A DNA stretch of 64,000 nt, from positions 2,046 to 66,045 of the forward strand of contig CAZVPD010000003.1 of assembly GCA_964628455.1 (NCBI GenBank), in the 5' to 3' direction. Below the pieces are notes generated by a model that saw nothing but the letters and a program-made list of their open reading frames with translations, had not been told where the DNA came from and did not search any database. The translations under genes were made by a program, and so were the position numbers. The stretch comes from an uncultured Lachnospiraceae bacterium (GTDB taxonomy: Bacteria; Bacillota; Clostridia; Oscillospirales; CAG-272). Below, piece after piece: positions 37,181-45,585 of the stretch; position 1 is the stretch's first letter, and each line of letters starts with the position of its first letter.

Positions 37181-38647
37181 ATGAAATCTTCTGTTACCGT
37201 TCGTTTGATCTCTTTGCTTTGTCTGTCTGCCCTGCTGTTTCCGCTGCTTGCATCGTGTTCCGAAGGCGGGGCGGAAGCGACTGAAAGTCTGACCGAAGCC
37301 CTGACCGAGACGCCCGCCACGGAAAAGCCTTTTCTTGACGACCTTCCCTCAGACCTTGACTTTGAAGGCAGGACCATACGCATGGTCACCAACGACAAAG
37401 CTTCCTTCGATACGGTCGAGGATGCCGCCGATGTTGTCGATGTGGAGGTATACAAGAGAAACCGTAAAATCGAAGAGCGGCTTGACATCCTGCTCGAACC
37501 GGTCATTGACGAGAACTGGGGGGTCGCGGCCTCTCTTCTGACCGCAAGCGTGCTTGCCGGAAGCGATGATTACGATCTTTACGGCGGTTATTGCTACTGG
37601 TCAATCGCACTTGCCACTTCCGGCTATATGCTGAATCTGGCAAATATGGAACATCTGAATCTTGAAGCTCCGTATTGGGGAAAAAAGTTTATCGATGCGA
37701 TGGCTTATAAAGACTTCGTTTACTGGGTCACCGGAGACATCGTTTTAAATTATACCAACGGAATCTATGCGACTTATGTCAATCTCGAACAGTGGGACAA
37801 CTATATAGGAGGCATCGATATCTATGACCTGGTGCGCAGCGGCCAATGGACCCTTGACCGCGTAAAAGAATACGCGGAAGCCGCCTACACCGACCTCAAC
37901 GGCAACGGAAAAACGGACGCGGAAGATTTTGTAGGCTATGTTTATACAACGGAAGACCCGATCGACGGCATGGCGATGGCGGCCGGCGTTACTTTCACGG
38001 AATTCGACGAAGACGGCGTCCCCTATATCACGCTGCTCGGAAGCGACAGGGCGGTGACCTTCAATGAAAAACTGACCGCTTTATGCACCAGCCACGCGTC
38101 CCTTCTGACAGCGTCGGACGGCGGTTATTCCTCGGTAAAACTCTTCGGTTCTCTGCATGCCCTGTTTAATATCGGACGGCTGGCTCACGCGGTGACTTTT
38201 CTGCGTGATATGAAAGAAGATTTTGCAATCATCCCGCCGCCGAAACTTGATGAGGCGCAGGAAACCTACCTGACCACCCTCCATGACGGCACCACGATCC
38301 TCGGTATTCCGAAAACCGCGTCCGCCGAAGCGATTGAAGCCGTTTGCGCGACACTTGAAGCTCTTGCTTCGGAAAGCTATAAGTCGCTTACTCCCGTTTA
38401 CCTGGATGTGGCTTTGAAAAACAAATATACCCGGGACGAACAGTCGGCCGAAATGATCGACCTTATCCGTCAGAATATCGTTTCCGACTTCGGGTTTCAA
38501 TACACGGCTACCGGATTCAATAACTTTTTCCGGGCACAGACCAAAAAAGGAGCCGAAGTAGCGTCAACAATAGCTAAAAGCGAAAAGAGCTGGACTGCTG
38601 CGCTCGATAAAATACTGCTGGCACTCGAAGAGAATGCCGGACAATAA
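37181..38647 (+). CDS. extracellular solute-binding lipoprotein, orphan
   Basis: 488 aa. Signal MKSSVTVRLISLLCLSALLFPLLASC. Blocks DLNGNG, IIPPPKLDE, MIDLI. More diverged paralog. Confidence 0.8.
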   Translation: MKSSVTVRLISLLCLSALLFPLLASCSEGGAEATESLTEALTETPATEKPFLDDLPSDLDFEGRTIRMVTNDKASFDTVEDAADVVDVEVYKRNRKIEERLDILLEPVIDENWGVAASLLTASVLAGSDDYDLYGGYCYWSIALATSGYMLNLANMEHLNLEAPYWGKKFIDAMAYKDFVYWVTGDIVLNYTNGIYATYVNLEQWDNYIGGIDIYDLVRSGQWTLDRVKEYAEAAYTDLNGNGKTDAEDFVGYVYTTEDPIDGMAMAAGVTFTEFDEDGVPYITLLGSDRAVTFNEKLTALCTSHASLLTASDGGYSSVKLFGSLHALFNIGRLAHAVTFLRDMKEDFAIIPPPKLDEAQETYLTTLHDGTTILGIPKTASAEAIEAVCATLEALASESYKSLTPVYLDVALKNKYTRDEQSAEMIDLIRQNIVSDFGFQYTATGFNNFFRAQTKKGAEVASTIAKSEKSWTAALDKILLALEENAGQ

Positions 38648-38667
38648 ATCTGCAAGGAGAGAAAACC

Positions 38668-40620
38668 ATGTCAGCTTATATCCCTTTCCCGGCGTATTAC
38701 GATGACGCCCCGCTCGATCTTTCCTTTGTCTATAAAAATGAAAAGCCTGCCGGACGGCACGGCTTTCTGAAAGCGGAAGGGGCTTCGTTTGTCTTCGAGG
38801 ACGGAACTCCGGGGCGCTTCTGGGGAACGAATTTCAACGGCGGAGCCAATTTCCCCGAATTCGGCTGCTCCGAAAAAACAGCGCGGCGCTTGGCGAAAAT
38901 CGGCGTGAACATCGTAAGGTTTCATCAGCTGGATGCCGAGTGGGACACGCCGAATCTTTTCGCTTTCAGCAACGGAAAACGCTGCGGCAGCACAACCGAA
39001 CTCGACACGGAGAGCATGAAAAGGCTCGATTATCTTGTTTACTGCCTCAAAGAGCAGGGGATCTATGTATATATCGACATTTTTACCTACAGGAAGTTTA
39101 AAACAGGCGACGGTGTGGAAAATGCGGGTGCTCTTGCCGATGCCGCGAAACCTTATTCGGGGTATAACCGCCGTCTGATCGACCTTCAGAAAAAGCTGGC
39201 TTATGACCTATGGAACCATTATAACCCGTATACGGACCTGTATTACAAGGACGACCCGGTCTTTGTCCTGTGTGAAGTTGTCAACGAAAGCGACCTGTTC
39301 TCCCGCAGCATCAGCACCGAACCTTATTTACAGGAGTTCCGTCATCTTTTTAAAGTATGGCTTGAAGAAAAGGGCATTCGGTTTGATGCCGGCTCTTGTG
39401 ACGTAAACGGTTCGGAAGAACCTCTTATCCGTTTTAAAATCGAACTCCAGGAAAAATATTACACCGAAATGATCGGATTTATGAGGGAGATCGGGGTGAA
39501 GATCCCCCTGACCGGCACCAACTGGTCCATAAACAAAGCGTGCTCCAAAACTCAGCTGGTGACGGATTACACCGACAGCCATGTTTATTATTATGACTGG
39601 CGCTGGGGTGAATTTAAAAAATCATGCATGAATAAAGCGATCACCGAAACCCCCGACTGCGGGTTCGGCATGCTCTCCACCATGCGCGCAGCCGACAAGC
39701 CTTTCTTCGTCTCGGAATGGGATATGCCCTGGCCGAATGAATACCGTGCCGAAAGTCCGATTCTGTTTGCGGCAGTCGGTTCTTTTCAGGGCTGGTCGGG
39801 TTTTACGATCCATACATACGCATACAATGCGCGGCTTATGCATATGAATATTCTGGGCAAAGAATTTTCGTCCGACACAATAGGAAATGTTCCCTATCGC
39901 GAGGGTATTTTCTCCACATGGAACGATCCGGCGAAATTCGGTCTGTTCTATCACGCAGCCCTGATTACCCGGCGCGGAGACGTTCCCGTGTCCGAGAAGC
40001 TCATCGAAGTAAATACCGACCCCTTTAAAGGCGGCGGAAGGGCGGCTTTTACGGCATCAAGCGAGCAGAACCGCGTCGCCTGCAACTACAACGGCTCCGG
40101 TGTCGATGAAGACAATTCTCTCGTTGACCTGGATTCGGGTGAAGTCAGGTCGGATAACGGCTGCCTGTACCGAAGCTGGCGAAAGCGCTACGGTACGATT
40201 GACACTTTACGCACAAAATGCGCATACGGTTTCCTTGCCGAAAACGGTAAAATCGAACTGAACGGGATCACTTTCGAATGTTCGACCGATTTCGCCGTTC
40301 TGGCTTTGAGTTCCCTCACCGACATGCCCCTTTGCGAGACGGATAACATTTTATTCACCGCTGTCGGCCGGGCTAAAAATACGGACGCCGTCTTTGACGG
40401 TGAAGTCATGAAGGAATACGGCAGACCTCCGATTCTGATCGAAGTGATCGAAGCCGAAATCGCTTTAAAGACATCGCAGCCGAATCTCAGATGCAGGGCA
40501 GTCAACGCGGAGGGTTTTTATGTCGGCACACTTCCTTCATGGTATGACGGGGAAGGAGTGTTTCACGTGAAAACCGGCGGGACGATGAGGAGCATGTACT
40601 ATCTGATCGCCGCGGAATAA
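38668..40620 (+). CDS. clan GH-A TIM-barrel glycoside hydrolase, GH5-like
   Basis: 650 aa. Contains RFWGTNFNG, VNIVRFHQLD, CEVVNES (NE acid/base) and FFVSEWDMPW (candidate nucleophile Glu). No signal peptide. Confidence 0.6.
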   Translation: MSAYIPFPAYYDDAPLDLSFVYKNEKPAGRHGFLKAEGASFVFEDGTPGRFWGTNFNGGANFPEFGCSEKTARRLAKIGVNIVRFHQLDAEWDTPNLFAFSNGKRCGSTTELDTESMKRLDYLVYCLKEQGIYVYIDIFTYRKFKTGDGVENAGALADAAKPYSGYNRRLIDLQKKLAYDLWNHYNPYTDLYYKDDPVFVLCEVVNESDLFSRSISTEPYLQEFRHLFKVWLEEKGIRFDAGSCDVNGSEEPLIRFKIELQEKYYTEMIGFMREIGVKIPLTGTNWSINKACSKTQLVTDYTDSHVYYYDWRWGEFKKSCMNKAITETPDCGFGMLSTMRAADKPFFVSEWDMPWPNEYRAESPILFAAVGSFQGWSGFTIHTYAYNARLMHMNILGKEFSSDTIGNVPYREGIFSTWNDPAKFGLFYHAALITRRGDVPVSEKLIEVNTDPFKGGGRAAFTASSEQNRVACNYNGSGVDEDNSLVDLDSGEVRSDNGCLYRSWRKRYGTIDTLRTKCAYGFLAENGKIELNGITFECSTDFAVLALSSLTDMPLCETDNILFTAVGRAKNTDAVFDGEVMKEYGRPPILIEVIEAEIALKTSQPNLRCRAVNAEGFYVGTLPSWYDGEGVFHVKTGGTMRSMYYLIAAE

Positions 40621-40630
40621 GACAAACGTA

Positions 40631-40671
40631 AAAAAAGGGCTGCCTTCTGATTTTTAAGGCAGTCCTTTTTT
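40631..40671. terminator. bidirectional rho-independent terminator
   Basis: AAGGGCTGCCTT / AAGGCAGTCCTT 12-bp stem with one mismatch, flanked by an A-run and a T-run, between convergent genes. Confidence 0.7.
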
Positions 40672-40690
40672 GCGGATTCAGACCGCGTTT

Positions 40691-42157
40691 TTATTCCATA
40701 GACTGAATCGTTGTGATAAGTTTGTCGATTGCCGACTGCATCAGTTTTTCTTTTCCGGCAAACATACTCACAACATCGGTTTTCTTGTTCGGATGAAGCC
40801 GCAGAAAGGCTTCGTTAAATCCGCCGAACTGATAAAACTCGCCAAGATCATACACTCTGGTTGAAAATATGATATCCAGCATATCCACCGACTCTTCATC
40901 GCGTGAATATTTATCCCTGAGCACCGTGTCATAATAAGCCGGGATCAGCGTATACCGGGATTCCGCAGCCAGCGCTTCGAGTATAATTCCGGTTCGTTCC
41001 GTATCCGGTGCGGATTTTGGAACAACCATGATTCCCGAAGTGTGGATCGAAACGGAATGTCCGTAATTCTCCTGCGTTTCGCTGAACTTGGGCACGGGAA
41101 GGATTCCGAAATCGCTTTCGATTGACCGGAAGTTCTCTGTGACGGTGATTCTCTCGACATAAAACAGAAATCGGTCTGTTCCCATCATTGTAATCGGAGT
41201 GATGTTTTTATCCGTGATGTTGTCGGTATGCAGGAAGTAGGATGTGTCGTAGATCATCTCGATGATTTTTTCGGCTACGCCGATGGTATGCTCATCGTTG
41301 AAAGCGATGACGGGCAGGTCGTTTTCATCCTTTGAAGCATAGCGCCCCCCGCTGCCGTGCAGGATGATATACGTCCAGTCATCATAAGCCACAATTCCCC
41401 AGATATCCGCTTCATTCATCATTCCGTCGCCGTTGAGGTCCGATACCACGCTTTTCGCAAGTTCCTCCATTTTATCAAGCGTCCATTTGTTTTCATAAAC
41501 CAGGCTGTACAGATTCCCGGCCGAATAATTCTCAGCCACATTTTTGTTGTAATAGATGCACGCCGTGGCTCCCTTGTCCATCAGAGTGATATCGGATTCC
41601 ATCATGAAAAGTCTGCCGTCGATCGACAGTTCGGCCGCAGCCTGAGAGTCCCACCATGGTTTGTCCCAGTCGGCGAATTCAAGTTCATTCAGGTCAAGAA
41701 GCACACCCGCCGAAACAAGCTGCGTGCTTTCGTAAGTCCTGGGAAAGTAAACGTCAAAAGCGTTATCGCCGGCCTGAACGGCTTTTTTACAGACGGAGAT
41801 CAGCTGATTGATTTCGATATATTCACTGGCTATGCTTATTTTATACTTTTCCTCGATTGTCCGGTTGCGTGAATAGACAGCGTCGTTGATCACTTCTCCG
41901 TCCAGAACCTCGGCGTCAAGGTCGGTCAGAATCGTCCAGCCGTCGATGACCCAGTGTGCAATGTTAAACTGATAACCGTCATAATCCGAATCCGGAAGTT
42001 CGGGGTATACGCGGGTATCCTCAGGCTGTGTTTCGACGGCTTCAGACGTCGTCTCCGCAGTCGCTTCCGGAGACGCACCGCCCTCCCCGCAGGCAGCGGC
42101 AGAACAGATGAATGCAGTCAGAATCAGCAGGGCGGCAAAACGGGCGAATAAACTCAT
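40691..42157 (-). CDS. extracellular solute-binding lipoprotein, orphan
   Basis: 488 aa, GGAGGG RBS. Signal MSLFARFAALLILTAFICSAAAC. Blocks VINDAVYSRN, KPWWD, DLNGDG, ILPVPKFSE, IPAYYD, MLDII. Confidence 0.8.
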   Translation of the reverse strand: MSLFARFAALLILTAFICSAAACGEGGASPEATAETTSEAVETQPEDTRVYPELPDSDYDGYQFNIAHWVIDGWTILTDLDAEVLDGEVINDAVYSRNRTIEEKYKISIASEYIEINQLISVCKKAVQAGDNAFDVYFPRTYESTQLVSAGVLLDLNELEFADWDKPWWDSQAAAELSIDGRLFMMESDITLMDKGATACIYYNKNVAENYSAGNLYSLVYENKWTLDKMEELAKSVVSDLNGDGMMNEADIWGIVAYDDWTYIILHGSGGRYASKDENDLPVIAFNDEHTIGVAEKIIEMIYDTSYFLHTDNITDKNITPITMMGTDRFLFYVERITVTENFRSIESDFGILPVPKFSETQENYGHSVSIHTSGIMVVPKSAPDTERTGIILEALAAESRYTLIPAYYDTVLRDKYSRDEESVDMLDIIFSTRVYDLGEFYQFGGFNEAFLRLHPNKKTDVVSMFAGKEKLMQSAIDKLITTIQSME

Positions 42158-42307
42158 TACAATCCCTCCTCTATCATCTTATATAAATATATAATAGCAT
42201 ATTCCTGACGGACTGTCAATAATCAATACAAACTCGCGGACCATTGCCAAATAATTCTGAGGACGGCAGAATCTCCGTTATAATGATTCCGCCTTATAAA
42301 ATTGTCC

Positions 42308-42336
42308 TTGACATAAACAGAACTTTTATATATAAT
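42308..42336 (+). promoter_or_regulatory. consensus sigma-A type promoter
   Basis: TTGACA (42308-42313), 17-nt spacer, TATAAT (42331-42336), 63 nt upstream of ATG 42400. Confidence 0.6.
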
Positions 42337-42399
42337 AATACCGTAAACAGCCCGCAGGCAGGTTATTTTAAATTTATTATATATCTCGGAGGTTTTCAG

Positions 42400-43485
42400 A
42401 TGAAAAAGGTAAAAATCGGAATAATAGGATGCGGCGGTATTGCCAACGGAAAGCATATGCCCGCGCTCAAGCGCCTTAAAACAGCGGATATGGTGGCGTT
42501 CTGCGATATCGTGACAGAGCGCGCCGAAAAAGCCGCAAAGGAATACGGCGCTGCCGGAGCCAAGGTTTATTCGGATTATAAGGAACTCCTTGCCGATAAG
42601 ACCATTGATGTTGTTCATGTTCTGACGCCCAACCGCATGCACAGCCCCATTACCGTCGACGCTCTCGACGCCGGCAAACATGTCATGTGCGAGAAACCTA
42701 TGGCAATAAACACCGCCGAAGCTCAGAAAATGGTGGAAGCCGCAAAGCGCAACAAACGCAAACTCACCATCGGATATCAGAACCGCCAGCGTCCCGACTC
42801 GCTCTATCTTAAGAAAGAAGCGTCCGACGGAACTTTCGGCGAAATATATTATGCCAAAGCTACCGCAATACGCCGCCGCGCGGTTCCGACCTGGGGCGTG
42901 TTCTTAAATGAATTTGAACAGGGCGGCGGTCCGCTTATAGATATCGGAACGCACGCGCTTGACCTCACCCTCTGGATAATGGACAATTACAAACCCAAAT
43001 ACTGTCTGGGAACCACTTTCCACAAACTCAACGGACTTGCTCCCGATGCTCAGGGAAATGCCTGGGGCACCTGGGACCCCGCCAAATTTACTGTGGAGGA
43101 CTCCGCATTCGGCTTTGTCGTTATGGAAAACGGAGCGACCATCATTCTTGAGTCTTCATGGGCGCTGAATTCACTTGATGTACGCGAAGCGGTCACCACC
43201 GTCTGCGGTACGATAGCGGGAGGCGATATGGAAGGCGGCGTCCGCATCAACGGAATACGGAACGGCCGTCAGTATGTCCTCAAACCCGATCTCAGCGCGG
43301 GCGGAGCCGCTTTTTACGAGGGAGACGGAAACGAGGAAGCGCACCAGCGTGAAGCGCGCCTTTGGATCGATGCGGTTATCAACGATAAAACGCCTTTTGT
43401 TCTTCCCGAGCAGGCATTCTGCGTGACCCAGATACTCGAGGGCATTTACGAATCCGCAAAAACCGGAACGGTATTCAATTTCTGA
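42400..43485 (+). CDS. Gfo/Idh/MocA family oxidoreductase
   Basis: ORF trimmed to ATG 42400 (GGAGG RBS). Contains MKKVKIGIIGCGGIANGKH and MCEKPMAINT. Confidence 0.85.
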   Translation: MKKVKIGIIGCGGIANGKHMPALKRLKTADMVAFCDIVTERAEKAAKEYGAAGAKVYSDYKELLADKTIDVVHVLTPNRMHSPITVDALDAGKHVMCEKPMAINTAEAQKMVEAAKRNKRKLTIGYQNRQRPDSLYLKKEASDGTFGEIYYAKATAIRRRAVPTWGVFLNEFEQGGGPLIDIGTHALDLTLWIMDNYKPKYCLGTTFHKLNGLAPDAQGNAWGTWDPAKFTVEDSAFGFVVMENGATIILESSWALNSLDVREAVTTVCGTIAGGDMEGGVRINGIRNGRQYVLKPDLSAGGAAFYEGDGNEEAHQREARLWIDAVINDKTPFVLPEQAFCVTQILEGIYESAKTGTVFNF

Positions 43486-43511
43486 TCTTTTTTCGGTCTG
43501 AATAACAAACT

Positions 43512-43549
43512 GCGGGCAGAGACCGGAAGTTTTCTCTGCCCGCTTCTTG
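43512..43549 (+). terminator. hairpin, probable partial terminator between oxidoreductase and TIM-barrel genes
   Basis: Perfect 11-bp stem GCGGGCAGAGA / TCTCTGCCCGC followed by a weak T-tract (ttcttg). Confidence 0.55.
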
Positions 43550-43624
43550 CATGAAGACCTGTTTTCATTGGATCCGGATCATTGCATCCATAGAATAAAA
43601 TTAAATATTCAGGAGGATATTCAG

Positions 43625-44593
43625 ATGAAATTAAGCGTTTTCACCGCACTGTACGGCGGATTGCCGCTGGAAGAAGCACTCGGCAAATTAAATGCTCTCG
43701 GCGTTGATACCGTCGAAATCGGAGCAGGCGGTTATCCCGGAAAATCCCATTGCAATCCCGCCGAACTGCTCGCCGACGCCGATAAATTCTACGAATTCAA
43801 ATCGGTCCTGCGCCGTCATCAGACAGACATCTGTGCGCTTTCGGTACACGGAAATCCCGTTCATCCGAATGCCGCGACGGCACAGGCGTTTGACACCGAT
43901 TTCCGCAGCGCGGTTCTTCTGGCTGAAAAGCTGGATATCAAAACCGTCATAACCTTTTCCGGCTGTCCGGGAGATGCTCCCGGCGCTTCGTATCCGAACT
44001 GGGTCACATGTCCCTGGCCGGATGATTTTCTCACAGTCCTTGAATATCAATGGAATGAAGTATTGATCCCGTATTGGAAAGAAGCCGCTTCTTTTGCCGC
44101 GCAGCACGGCGTAAACCGTATAGCGCTCGAAATGCATCCCGGTTTCTGTGTATACAATCCGGCAACTCTTCTGCGCCTGCGTGAGGCGGTCGGCGATGTG
44201 ATCGGCGCAAACTTCGACCCGAGCCACCTGGTCTGGCAGGGTATGGATCCCGTTGCCGCGATCCGTAAATTAAAAGGCGCCGTTTATCACTTCCACGCCA
44301 AGGACACCAAGATCGATCCGTATAACACGGCTGCCGACGGCGTACTCGATACAAAGCATTACGGCGACGAAATTCACCGTTCCTGGGTCTTCCGTTCGGT
44401 GGGTTACGGAAACACGATGCAGTACTGGCGTGATATGATCAGCAATCTGCGCCTGATCGGATATGACGGTGTGCTTTCGATCGAACATGAAGACAGCCTT
44501 ATGTCGATTGACGAAGGACTGTCCAAAGCCGTGGACTTTTTAAATAAAGTGCTTATAAAAGAACCGAAGCCATCCTCCATGTCATGGGCCTGA
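43625..44593 (+). CDS. sugar phosphate isomerase/epimerase (xylose isomerase-like TIM barrel)
   Basis: ORF trimmed to ATG 43625 (GGAGG RBS). Contains MKLSVFTALYGG, IALEMHPG, HFHAKD, SIEHED. Confidence 0.8.
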   Translation: MKLSVFTALYGGLPLEEALGKLNALGVDTVEIGAGGYPGKSHCNPAELLADADKFYEFKSVLRRHQTDICALSVHGNPVHPNAATAQAFDTDFRSAVLLAEKLDIKTVITFSGCPGDAPGASYPNWVTCPWPDDFLTVLEYQWNEVLIPYWKEAASFAAQHGVNRIALEMHPGFCVYNPATLLRLREAVGDVIGANFDPSHLVWQGMDPVAAIRKLKGAVYHFHAKDTKIDPYNTAADGVLDTKHYGDEIHRSWVFRSVGYGNTMQYWRDMISNLRLIGYDGVLSIEHEDSLMSIDEGLSKAVDFLNKVLIKEPKPSSMSWA

Positions 44594-44601
44594 CCGGGAT
44601 T

Positions 44602-44640
44602 CAAAAAAGGGGAGACATTAAAAACGTCCTCCCTTTTTTT
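44602..44640. terminator. probable bidirectional terminator
   Basis: GGGGAGAC / GTCCTCCC imperfect 8-bp stem (one mismatch, one G-T), flanked by A6 and T7 runs, between convergent genes. Confidence 0.5.
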
Positions 44641-44670
44641 ATTATTCGGATCGGCCGGCGTATGCGGCAT

Positions 44671-45348
44671 TTATTTTTTAACGCAGAATTCATCGATATA
44701 TCTGTCCATCCGCATGAGCAGGCCGGTATCTGTCCTTCCGCTGATATAATCCCTGATTTCTCTTACCGTTACGATCGGAAAGACTTCGATTCCGAATTCG
44801 TTTTTCACCTCATCCGACGCTGTTATGCCCGCCGGCGTGCGTTCTTCGCGGTTCACCGAAATAAACATGGCGGGTATCTCCGCTTTTGCGGCTGCGCGGA
44901 GCAGCGGAACCGTTTCGCGTACCGCCGTCCCCGCGGTTATGACATCCTCGATAATGAGGATTTTGTCGCCGTCTTCCGGTGCCGAACCGATAAAAATTCC
45001 GCCTTCGCCGTGGTCTTTGACTTCTTTGCGGTTGAAGCAGTATTTCAGGTCCGCATTGTATTTCTGATACAGTGCGCAGGAAGCGGCTGCCGCAAGGGGG
45101 ATGCCTTTATAGGCGGGACCGAACAGCAGGAATCTGCCGTCGGGACGCCGCAGTTTGTCTTCTCCGACAGCCGCGGCTATACAGTCCGCATAGAACCCCC
45201 CCAGCCTTGAAAGCTGGCTGCCTGTTCTGTATTTGCCCGTATTGATGAAATACGGTGATTTGCGTCCGCTTTTTAAAGTAAAATCCCCGAAAACAAGCAC
45301 TTCGGACTCGAGCATCAGCTCAATAAAATCGGATTTGTATTTCTGCAT
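44671..45348 (-). CDS. pyrE: orotate phosphoribosyltransferase
   Basis: ORF trimmed to ATG 45348 (MQKYKSDFIELMLESEVLVFGDFTLKSGRKSPYFINTG). PRPP-binding loop ILIIEDVITAGTA. Confidence 0.85.
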   Translation of the reverse strand: MQKYKSDFIELMLESEVLVFGDFTLKSGRKSPYFINTGKYRTGSQLSRLGGFYADCIAAAVGEDKLRRPDGRFLLFGPAYKGIPLAAAASCALYQKYNADLKYCFNRKEVKDHGEGGIFIGSAPEDGDKILIIEDVITAGTAVRETVPLLRAAAKAEIPAMFISVNREERTPAGITASDEVKNEFGIEVFPIVTVREIRDYISGRTDTGLLMRMDRYIDEFCVKK

Positions 45349-45549
45349 GGCAATACCTCGCTGAATTGTTTTGATGATTCTTATAAACTGCGGAAAGCAG
45401 TCTTTGTCTGTTTCCGTTTGCCTTAACGGCATACGGATATAAACGCAGCCGCGGTATCCGTATAATCCGTAAACTTATAAAAATTTTTTTGAAACCGGTT
45501 TTCATCCCGGGATGCGGAACGGCGGGTTTTCCGAGTTGACCCGCGTCGA

Positions 45550-45565
45550 TGTTTCACGTGAAACA
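45550..45565. promoter_or_regulatory. parS (ParB/Spo0J binding site), perfect consensus
   Basis: TGTTTCACGTGAAACA is a perfect 16-bp palindrome matching the Firmicute parS consensus TGTTNCACGTGAAACA. Intergenic. Confidence 0.8.
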
Positions 45566-45585
45566 TTGACGCGGGATATCTGTTC

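Noticed and set aside
40559-40574. parS-like sequence TGTTTCACGTGAAAAC inside the GH5-like gene
   Set aside because: It has two mismatches at the 3-prime end, which break the palindrome, and it lies within coding sequence. It could be a weak ParB site, but that cannot be supported from sequence alone.
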